Shown: piece after piece, positions 1 to 6,333 of the stretch | How positions within the stretch are numbered: the first letter of the stretch is position 1 | How the letters are laid out: the number at the start of each line of letters is the position of its first letter | IMG/VR virus record: IMGVR_UViG_3300045988_158908 | DNA: 12,636 nt | Source of the DNA: a virus | Direction: 5' to 3' (one strand) | Program-made: the position numbers and the translations under genes | Notes under the pieces: model-generated | Seen by the model: the letters and a program-made list of their open reading frames with translations, nothing else | Database searches by the model: none | What the model was told of the DNA's origin: nothing

Positions 1-52
1 AAACTAGGCATGACAGTTCGTTCTGACAATTCATGCAAATTCCCCAACTTGT

Positions 53-138
53 CAGACAATTAGACAAATTGTGTGAAATTAGAAACAATTCTGACAATTA
101 GACAAATTGTGTGAAAATTAGAAACAATTCAGACAATT
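53..138. repeat. Tandem direct repeat (38/39-bp unit, about 2.2 copies) inside the left ITR, built from GACAATT / GACAAATT / GAAACAATT iterons
   Basis: Unit 53-90 is CAGACAATTAGACAAATTGTGTGAAATTAGAAACAATT. Unit 91-129 is CTGACAATTAGACAAATTGTGTGAAAATTAGAAACAATT (1 substitution, 1 extra A). A third partial unit, CAGACAATT, lies at 130-138. Exact GACAATT occurs at 25-31, 55-61, 93-99 and 132-138. The array is bracketed by inverted GTCAGACA copies (51-58, and reverse complement at 146-153). Confidence 0.9.
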
Positions 139-178
139 TATCAATCTGTCTGACTTTAATACTTTGTTATAAAAACCG

Positions 179-207
179 TTGACTTTTATATGTAAAACTG
201 CTATTAT
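179..207 (+). promoter_or_regulatory. Sigma-A/sigma-70-type promoter inside the left ITR, reading inward
   Basis: TTGACT (179-184), a 17-nt spacer, then TATTAT (202-207), with an A/T-rich tract upstream. AAGGAG (238-243) and ATG 252 follow downstream. Confidence 0.6.
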
Positions 208-251
208 GAGGTTGTAACAATCAAATAGCAAAATGTAAAGGAGAAAAAATC

Positions 252-710
252 ATGTTTGAATTACAATCTTGTAAAATCACTAGGAGAGAAAAAAGAGGTG
301 ATGCAAGCAATATGTTTACTGTACATATTGCATATTATGAAGCAACTTGTGTTGATGAAAATAAAGAAGAGTACGTTTATTCGAGTGAACTTATTTATGT
401 TAATAAAGTTCCAACATTATTTGATTGCTTAAATGATGCAATTAGCGCATTTTATAATAAAGATGAGTTAATCCCTACTCATAAGAAACGTATAACATTT
501 ATTGAAATTTGCAGTATGATGGGTTCTAAAAAATATTTAGACCTGTATTTAAACGGTACTTTATATAAAAGGCGTTTATACTTGTATGATTTAAATTGTG
601 TTTATTCATACTTGAAAAGAAATGGGTTGTTTGTTTATGATGTAACACAATCACTCACAGTACCAAGTGAGTATAATTTATTAGTAGAAAAGGAGAGAAA
701 AACATGTTAA
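252..710 (+). CDS. Hypothetical early protein (152 aa), no recognisable family
   Basis: First ORF after the ITR promoter. AAGGAG RBS lies 8 nt upstream of the ATG. Its stop overlaps the next start (ATGTTAA, 704-710). I recognise no motif. Confidence 0.6.
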   Translation: MFELQSCKITRREKRGDASNMFTVHIAYYEATCVDENKEEYVYSSELIYVNKVPTLFDCLNDAISAFYNKDELIPTHKKRITFIEICSMMGSKKYLDLYLNGTLYKRRLYLYDLNCVYSYLKRNGLFVYDVTQSLTVPSEYNLLVEKERKTC

Positions 711-1000
711 AATCATCTACAAAAATTACCTGCCGTCCTTATGATGGAAACAGTAAAACAAAAGCTTTTATTGAATTATGTCTCGATAAAACGCTTGTCA
801 TTAAAGGCTTGACGCTTGTAGAGGGTTCACAAGGGTTATTTCTTTCTTTTCCATCATCAAAGGGAAAAGATGGGAAATACCATAACTCAATTTACTCAGT
901 GGATAAGGAGTTTACAGGCCAGTTAGAAGAAGCTTGTATTAAAAAATACAACGAAGCATTTAATAAATCTGATAACTCAGATGAAGCACATTTTTCATAA
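704..1000 (+). CDS. spoVG: SpoVG-family nucleic-acid-binding protein homolog (98 aa)
   Basis: The segment KAFIELCLDKTLVIKGLTLVEGSQGLFLSFPSSKGKDGKYHNSIYSVDKEFTGQLEEACIKKY aligns by eye with B. subtilis SpoVG [63 protein letters not shown]. Shared elements are the GLF..PS....DG core and a similar length. GGAGAG RBS upstream, translationally coupled to the previous ORF. Confidence 0.75.
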   Translation: MLKSSTKITCRPYDGNSKTKAFIELCLDKTLVIKGLTLVEGSQGLFLSFPSSKGKDGKYHNSIYSVDKEFTGQLEEACIKKYNEAFNKSDNSDEAHFS

Positions 1001-1007
1001 AACTTAT

Positions 1008-1038
1008 AAGGTGTACTATTTAGTACACCTTTTTTTTT
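1008..1038 (+). terminator. Rho-independent terminator after the SpoVG-like gene
   Basis: AAGGTGTACT (1008-1017), loop ATTT, AGTACACCTT (1022-1031), giving a 10-bp perfect stem. A run of 7 T follows (1032-1038). Confidence 0.8.
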
Positions 1039-1054
1039 CAGTAAAGGAGATTAA

Positions 1055-2110
1055 ATGAATATATATGATAAAAACGGATGGTTAGACATTCCAAAAATCG
1101 TAAATACTTGTGAAAAAAACGAGATAAATTTTATCTTCATTATCGGTGCTCGTCGTACCGGAAAAACATATGGGATCTTTAAACATTTCATTGAGGATGT
1201 TTTTTCAAAGGATGAAAAAGTAATATATATGAGAAGAAAAACAACTCAAATAGATTCCGTGTTAGTTGATACTATGAATCCTTGGATTGACATTAATCAT
1301 GATCTTCATAGGAATTTCTATTTTAAAAAGCTAAAAGGGGAAAAAAGCCGGGTATCATTGCAAGAAATCAACGAAGCTGGAGAGGAGATTTATCATGGTG
1401 AAGCTTTTAGTCTTACTAGTTTAATGAATAATCGAGGATTCTCAGGATCCGGCTTTTCAGAAGGAATCTATGATGAATTTATTCCTGAGAAGCTTGACAA
1501 AAGAATTAAAGGTGAAGAGGATGCGTTTCTGAATGGAGTAGAAACTATTTCTGCCAACCGTGAGTTACTTGGTGCAAAGCCTTTTCGTTGGTGGATTGTT
1601 TCAAATAGTAACACTCTTGACTCTCCGCTTATTCATTCTTTTGGGTTGCTTTCAAACTTAGAAAAAATGAAGAAGATCGGACAGGAGTTTTCCATGTTAA
1701 AAGATCGTGGAATAATCATTATTTTGATTAACAAAAGCCCCATTTCAGAAAAGAAAAGAAAGACAGCTCTTTATAAGGCTCTTACCGGAAGTACAGATTT
1801 TGAAAAAATGGCTCTCGACAATGAATTTGCATATGATGACACGAGTTCTATAAAGTCAGAAGATTTGAGAAAATATAGATTGATATGCATAGTTGGCTCA
1901 CTTGGGATTTATGAACACAAAAATGAAGCTAAACTTTACATAAGCGATCATATTTCCGGAACGTGCAAAGATAGCTTTCCTGACAGTGAGTTAGGGAAAT
2001 CTCAGTTTAAGTTTTATTATTCATGGGTATATAACTATATTATTAGTAATAGAATTTCTTATCAGAATCTGACTGTAAAATTTTATCTTGATAAAATTTT
2101 CAATATATGA
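1055..2110 (+). CDS. DNA encapsidation (packaging) ATPase, phi29 gp16-like
   Basis: Walker A FIIGARRTGKTYG matches phi29 gp16 FVIGARGIGKSYA. VIYMRRKT matches FIYVRRYK. Walker B GIYDEFIPEK matches IVFDEFIREK. VSNSNT matches LSNA, and FEKMALDNEFAY matches GEMSLDNQF. Length is 351 aa versus 332 aa for gp16. AAGGAG RBS. Confidence 0.9.
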   Translation: MNIYDKNGWLDIPKIVNTCEKNEINFIFIIGARRTGKTYGIFKHFIEDVFSKDEKVIYMRRKTTQIDSVLVDTMNPWIDINHDLHRNFYFKKLKGEKSRVSLQEINEAGEEIYHGEAFSLTSLMNNRGFSGSGFSEGIYDEFIPEKLDKRIKGEEDAFLNGVETISANRELLGAKPFRWWIVSNSNTLDSPLIHSFGLLSNLEKMKKIGQEFSMLKDRGIIIILINKSPISEKKRKTALYKALTGSTDFEKMALDNEFAYDDTSSIKSEDLRKYRLICIVGSLGIYEHKNEAKLYISDHISGTCKDSFPDSELGKSQFKFYYSWVYNYIISNRISYQNLTVKFYLDKIFNI

Positions 2111-2121
2111 TATATATAAAT

Positions 2122-2220
2122 TAAGGGAAAACGGCTACATCAACCGTCGGAAACGGATGCTATAATGGGATGATTACCCGTAAGTTTTCCCTTATTATTT
2201 TATTCATTAGTATCCGTTTC
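2122..2220 (+). ncRNA. Candidate structured RNA (possible packaging pRNA analog, or a terminator/leader element)
   Basis: The 139-bp non-coding gap is the largest in the genome. An 11-bp outer helix pairs TAAGGGAAAAC (2122-2132) with GTTTTCCCTTA (2184-2194). It encloses two small hairpins, CCGT/ACGG (2144-2147/2153-2156) and ATGGG/CCCGT (2165-2169/2177-2181), so it resembles a three-way junction. A further 9-bp complementarity pairs GAAACGGAT (2150-2158) with ATCCGTTTC (2212-2220). The function is inferred, not shown. Confidence 0.25.
2158..2166 (+). promoter_or_regulatory. Possible extended -10 promoter element (TGnTATAAT) upstream of the structural genes
   Basis: TGCTATAAT at 2158-2166. 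No good -35 hexamer (about 2138-2143 reads CATCAA). It lies inside the structured region, so the two interpretations compete. Confidence 0.3.
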
Positions 2221-2249
2221 TTTTCTCAAGAAAGGAGAAAAAACAAAAA

Positions 2250-2537
<288 letters not shown>

Positions 2538-2555
2538 AAAGGAAGTGTATTAAAT

Positions 2556-3752
2556 TTGGCTGTAAATAGTTTAACTCCGCAGGATGCCTATATTCTTATC
2601 AGTTCCATTGCGAAACAGGCTACAGGTCGTTCTGACCTTGTAGCGACTGACACAAGTTCTTTTGTTTCCGTTGGGGGAACACTGTTACGTACAGGAGTAG
2701 AAAACACACTGAAAAGTATGTCTACAGTATTTGCGGAAACGTATTTTGCAAACGAGTCTTATACTGGTAAATTAAGGACAGTCGAACAGACAAATGTTCG
2801 TTGGGGTGCTATCGTCAGAGAGATTACTTCCCTGTCAATGGATGCAGAACAGTCTGATGATTGGAACACAGAGCAGAATCCAAACACTTTGGATGATGGC
2901 AAGTCTATTGACATGTATAAGATTCACAAGCCGAAAGTGCTTGAACTCAAGTTCTACGGAACAAAGTTGTTACAGAGATCAATCACAAGATTCCGTGACC
3001 AGCTGGCACTTGCTTTTTCTAGTGAGGATGAATTTCTCAGATTTTACGAAGCTGTTATGATTGAGTTTCGTAATGATCTTGAGATGGATCGTGAGAGTGA
3101 ACGTCGTGCAACCATGCTTAACTATATGGCAGGCTTATCATCTCTTGGTATGGAAGTTGACCTTGCACATGAGTTTAATACAAAGAATGGAACACAGTAC
3201 ACAAGAAAGCAGTTACTTTCCGAGCACCGTGATAAGTTTATGCCGTTCGTCGTTGCCAGAATCAAACTTGACTCTGAAAAGATGACAGAGAGATCAAATA
3301 AGTACAGATTTACTATTACAGGCTTTGAAGACCTTTTGAGATTCACACGGAAAGAAAATCAGCGACTTATGATGCTGTCAAGTTTTTGGATCGATTCTGA
3401 AACACAGACGTTACCGTATGTGTTTGATGATAAAAATTTACAGATCGAGAACAAAGAACTTGTAAACTGGTGGCAGTCCGCTGATAATGAATCAGCTATC
3501 CAGATTACTCCAGCCATCATTGGAGCAGATGGACATGCAAAACAGGCAGAAACAGAGGTCAACTTACCTTATGTTCTGGGGGTTCTGTATGACCGTCGTG
3601 CTATGGGGATCAACTGGCAGTTTGATTACAGTTCGACAACACCATTCAACAGCCGAGGTGGCTACTATAACATGTTTGTACATTCCAGAAAAAACTACTG
3701 GAATAATTTTACGCATAACGGAATCTTGTATGTGATCGGGGAGGGGGCATAA
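2556..3752 (+). CDS. Major capsid protein (phi29 gp8-like, HK97 fold inferred), TTG start
   Basis: 398 aa, placed after the scaffold-like gene. C-terminal NSRGGYYNMFVHSR resembles phi29 gp8 NPRGLYWNYYYHVW. N-terminal ATDTSSFVSVGGTLL..VENTL resembles gp8 ATANNVAEVGAGIL..VQNDF. The only in-frame start after the upstream TAG (2535-2537) is TTG 2556, with GAAAGGAAG upstream. Confidence 0.75.
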   Translation: MAVNSLTPQDAYILISSIAKQATGRSDLVATDTSSFVSVGGTLLRTGVENTLKSMSTVFAETYFANESYTGKLRTVEQTNVRWGAIVREITSLSMDAEQSDDWNTEQNPNTLDDGKSIDMYKIHKPKVLELKFYGTKLLQRSITRFRDQLALAFSSEDEFLRFYEAVMIEFRNDLEMDRESERRATMLNYMAGLSSLGMEVDLAHEFNTKNGTQYTRKQLLSEHRDKFMPFVVARIKLDSEKMTERSNKYRFTITGFEDLLRFTRKENQRLMMLSSFWIDSETQTLPYVFDDKNLQIENKELVNWWQSADNESAIQITPAIIGADGHAKQAETEVNLPYVLGVLYDRRAMGINWQFDYSSTTPFNSRGGYYNMFVHSRKNYWNNFTHNGILYVIGEGA

Positions 3753-3753
3753 T

Positions 3754-4071
3754 ATGTTAGCCGCATTATTAACTATTCCTTCCGGTGGTTCTATAGTTGT
3801 AAAATTTCCATTTAAAAAAAAAATAGGTATAAGAAGATTAATAGTATCTTCTCCTCATAATGATATTACATTAAATTATGACGGAATCCCAATTATTAAC
3901 TTTAACAGTTCCAACGGATTAGTTGAATTGAATTTTGAAAGCTATTATGGATTTCCGGACTCGTCTTTATTTTCAATGATTAATAACGGAACTACTTCTG
4001 TACAAGCGACAGTGCTTGTCGATTATGTCCCAGATGCACCTATAAATAGTGATTATTTTGAGAGGAGTTAG
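3754..4071 (+). CDS. Hypothetical protein (105 aa); sits where phi29 has the head fiber gene gp8.5
   Basis: GGAGGGG RBS 7 nt upstream of the ATG, tightly packed between the capsid and holin genes. The sequence appears beta-rich. No motif recognised. Contains an A10 run at 3814-3823. Confidence 0.55.
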   Translation: MLAALLTIPSGGSIVVKFPFKKKIGIRRLIVSSPHNDITLNYDGIPIINFNSSNGLVELNFESYYGFPDSSLFSMINNGTTSVQATVLVDYVPDAPINSDYFERS

Positions 4072-4073
4072 CA

Positions 4074-4298
4074 ATGATGGACACATTTTTAACTATCTTA
4101 GGAAACTATGCGTTTCCGATCGTATGCTGTTGTGTCATGGCATACTTTGTGAAGTACATGTACGACCAGACCAACGCACGAGTTGACAAACTCAATGAAG
4201 AGCATAAAGATGAAGTTGACACACTTTCAGAAGTCATCAAAAACAACACGCTTGCTATTGAAAAAATGAACTCGTTAATCGAACACTTAGGAAAGTAG
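4074..4298 (+). CDS. Putative holin (single N-terminal TM segment plus coiled C-terminus, BhlA/UviB-like architecture)
   Basis: 74 aa. Hydrophobic segment FLTILGNYAFPIVCCCVMAYFV, then a charged helical tail (DKLNEEHKDEVDTLSEVIKNN..IEKMNSLIEHL). Lies immediately upstream of the endolysin. GAGGAG RBS. Confidence 0.6.
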   Translation: MMDTFLTILGNYAFPIVCCCVMAYFVKYMYDQTNARVDKLNEEHKDEVDTLSEVIKNNTLAIEKMNSLIEHLGK

Positions 4299-4305
4299 GT
4301 ATAAC

Positions 4306-4956
4306 ATGACAGCTAATGAACTTGTTGAAAACGCAAAGGAATTACTTGGTGTAAAATATGTGTGGGGTGGTAATACCCCACAGTCAGGGCTTGATTGCTC
4401 CGGATTGCTTTACTATATTCAGAAGAAAGCAGGTTCAGAGGTGGGAGATATGACAGCTTCTGGCTATTCAAAACTTGGAACAAAGATTCCGATTGGGCAA
4501 CAAAAAGTAGGTGACTTTCTCTTTTTTGGATATCCAGTCAATCATTGTGCCATTTTTATTGGTAACGGCTATATGATCGAGAGTAGAGGCAGTAGAAAAA
4601 ACACTGCTGACAACCCCGGAGTTGGGGTAGTCAAAAGCCTTGTCACTCGCAGATATGACTTATCTTGCATCCGCAGGGTATGGGATGAAAAAACCCCATC
4701 TTATGAAATAGGTAGAACCTATACTACTATCGTGGATCACTTACATGTACGTTACAGTGTGTGGGGTCAGATCAAAAAGTATGCACAGCTGACAAGGGAT
4801 GGTATGAAACACGCTTATTCTGATGGGTGCCTGAAAAAAGGAACAACGGTAACGATAAAAGAAGTAAAAAAGGATGAAGCTGGAGCAACGTGGGTTAGGA
4901 TTCCATCTGGTTGGATTTGTGCCATTACTTCAAAAGGGGAGATATACGTATCATGA
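4306..4956 (+). CDS. Endolysin: NlpC/P60 peptidoglycan endopeptidase with a C-terminal SH3b-like cell-wall-binding domain
   Basis: GVKYVWGGNTPQSGLDCSGLLYY carries the catalytic Cys motif. GDFLFFG...NHCAIFIGNGYMIES carries the catalytic His region. The C-terminal roughly 80 aa (GTTVTIKEVKKDEAGATWVRIPSGWICA) looks SH3-like. Confidence 0.85.
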   Translation: MTANELVENAKELLGVKYVWGGNTPQSGLDCSGLLYYIQKKAGSEVGDMTASGYSKLGTKIPIGQQKVGDFLFFGYPVNHCAIFIGNGYMIESRGSRKNTADNPGVGVVKSLVTRRYDLSCIRRVWDEKTPSYEIGRTYTTIVDHLHVRYSVWGQIKKYAQLTRDGMKHAYSDGCLKKGTTVTIKEVKKDEAGATWVRIPSGWICAITSKGEIYVS

Positions 4957-6299
4957 CAGAAATAGTTTTGTATCATTTTTCGAAAAGAAAAAATTCTACA
5001 AAACGTCCTACAGGGCAGGGGACAGAAGTTCCCTGCCTTTTAAAATCTGCAACTACATTTCAAGATCCTACGTTTATTTTGCAAAGACCAATGAATGACA
5101 TGCTACAATTTAACTATGCAAAGTGGGCAGATCATTATTATTTTATTGATTCAACTACTTCAATCAATGCGGGACAAACTGAAATTAGTTGTACTGAGGA
5201 TGTTTTGGCAACTTATAAAAATGAAATCGGTAATTATACCTGTTTCATTGAAAGATCAAGCAATCAGACTACACTTGCCAACGACACTATGTATATTCCT
5301 ACAAATGACTGGGTCTTATCAACAAGAAATGTAAGTCATAAAGAGAAAATAATGACAAGCACTTATTCACAGCAATATATTATAAGGGTAGTTTCGAGGA
5401 CTGGCGTAGCATCCTACTATATAAACGGCGATCAATTAAGCAATTTGCTTGACTATATGTACACAGAATCAAATTTTGCTGACGTTATAACGGATGCCAT
5501 TACCAAGCTAATGTTTGACCCATTTAAATATATAGTTGACTTGAAATGGATTCCTTTTGTTGAAAGTGCTTTTAAAAATAACAATAATGAAGCAATACAG
5601 CTAGGATTCTGGGATAGTGGTGTGATGGCAAAAAGAATTGATGAAAACACGGTTGTTAATTTTTCGTATTCATTTGCTTTTGATAATCCACTTTATGCTA
5701 TCACTGATTTTAGGTACTATAATCCGTCGTTTTCAAACTATTTTATAAAGCTTCCTTTTATCGGAGTAGTTGCTCTTAATCCCTATAAAATAGATGATAG
5801 TGTAAATGCACTTTATCAATTTGACGCAACAAGTGGATTATGCAATGTATTTTTGCAATCAAAGAAAGTTGTTTTTGCATCTTATCAATTCCAGTTGTCA
5901 GTTCCAGTACAAATCGGTTATGCAACCACAAACATAGCACAACTGACCACCTCAGCTGTAAGTCTTGTTGGTGCCGGATTGCAAGGAAACATTGCACAGG
6001 GTATATCTTCAGGAATAGAAGCAGGAAGAAGCATTACAGCACCTGAAGTATCAATGCTTGGAACGATTGGCAACATTTCAAACATACTCAATAACCAGAT
6101 TTTAGAGTTTAATTCATATGCCTGTACAAGCATAGATCCTGATGGTGCAAGTGAGGGATATGCAGATGGTACTGTTCGTTATATTTCTGGCTTGAGTGGA
6201 TATATAAAATGCAGAAATGCATCCATAGAAATTAGTGGATTTACCGGAGATCAAGAAGCAGTGAATAACTACTTGAATAGTGGTTTTTATTATGAATAA
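4953..6299 (+). CDS. Tail knob / distal tube protein (phi29 gp9-like), 448 aa
   Basis: Start moved to ATG 4953 (GGGGAG RBS at 4936-4941, ATGA overlap with the lysin stop) rather than the ORF-track ATG 4911. NYAKWADHYYFIDSTTSINAGQTEISCTEDVLATYKNEIGNYTCFIERS resembles gp9 [51 protein letters not shown]. A Gly/Ala/Ser-rich segment (GAGLQGNIAQGISSGIEAG) parallels the gp9 GGGISAGASAAGG loop. C-terminal ISGFTGDQEAVNNYLNSG resembles ISGDINNNDLQEIRTIFDNG. Confidence 0.7.
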   Translation: MTEIVLYHFSKRKNSTKRPTGQGTEVPCLLKSATTFQDPTFILQRPMNDMLQFNYAKWADHYYFIDSTTSINAGQTEISCTEDVLATYKNEIGNYTCFIERSSNQTTLANDTMYIPTNDWVLSTRNVSHKEKIMTSTYSQQYIIRVVSRTGVASYYINGDQLSNLLDYMYTESNFADVITDAITKLMFDPFKYIVDLKWIPFVESAFKNNNNEAIQLGFWDSGVMAKRIDENTVVNFSYSFAFDNPLYAITDFRYYNPSFSNYFIKLPFIGVVALNPYKIDDSVNALYQFDATSGLCNVFLQSKKVVFASYQFQLSVPVQIGYATTNIAQLTTSAVSLVGAGLQGNIAQGISSGIEAGRSITAPEVSMLGTIGNISNILNNQILEFNSYACTSIDPDGASEGYADGTVRYISGLSGYIKCRNASIEISGFTGDQEAVNNYLNSGFYYE

Positions 6300-6315
6300 T
6301 GTTTCACGTGAAACA
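6300..6315. promoter_or_regulatory. 16-bp perfect palindrome TGTTTCACGTGAAACA immediately after the tail knob stop codon
   Basis: TAA (6297-6299) followed directly by TGTTTCACGTGAAACA. A near-identical copy follows the stop of the appendage gene (9193-9209). Confidence 0.5.
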
Positions 6316-6333
6316 TAGAAAGAGGTAAAAAAT

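Larger units (their letters stand above)
1..224. repeat. Left inverted terminal repeat (ITR) of a linear protein-primed replicon; contains the presumed replication origin
   Basis: Bases 1-224 are the exact reverse complement of 12413-12636, checked block by block (224/224). Identity breaks at 225 versus 12412. The end reads 5'-AAACTAGG, with a terminal AAA as in phi29-type genomes. Confidence 0.95.

Noticed and set aside
33-42. ATGCAAAT in the ITR matches the eukaryotic Oct-1 octamer, recalling the octamer-like NFIII/Oct-1 site of adenovirus origins. The same 9-mer ATGCAAATT recurs in the terminator stem (9222-9230)
   Set aside because: This is a bacterial phage context, so an Oct-1 site is meaningless. 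A 9-mer recurrence in an AT-rich 12.6-kb genome can plausibly arise by chance, and in the terminator it is simply part of the palindromic stem.
53-138. The direct repeats in the ITR might be a CRISPR array
   Set aside because: There are only about 2.2 directly abutting copies of a 38/39-bp unit with no spacers. They are mirrored exactly at the other end as part of the ITR, and there are no cas genes.
940-1000. Possible promoter inside the 3' end of the SpoVG-like gene (TTGTAT ... TTTAAT)
   Set aside because: The spacer is about 19 nt and both hexamers are poor, so it is not distinguishable from background in AT-rich DNA. It is kept only as an untested alternative in the terminator finding.
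2100-2121. The alternating AT stretch (ATATATGATATATATAAAT) after the ATPase stop could be a hairpin or promoter element
   Set aside because: It is AT-only low-complexity sequence. Any hairpin would be very weak, and there is no matching -35/-10 geometry.
2794-3735. ORF-track entries nested in or antisense to the capsid gene (2794-3060, 3061-3285, 3122-3346 minus, 3359-3562 minus, 3487-3735)
   Set aside because: They lie entirely within the well-supported 398-aa capsid ORF. They lack RBS motifs and have odd composition rich in Cys, Trp and Arg. They appear to be frame-shadow ORFs.
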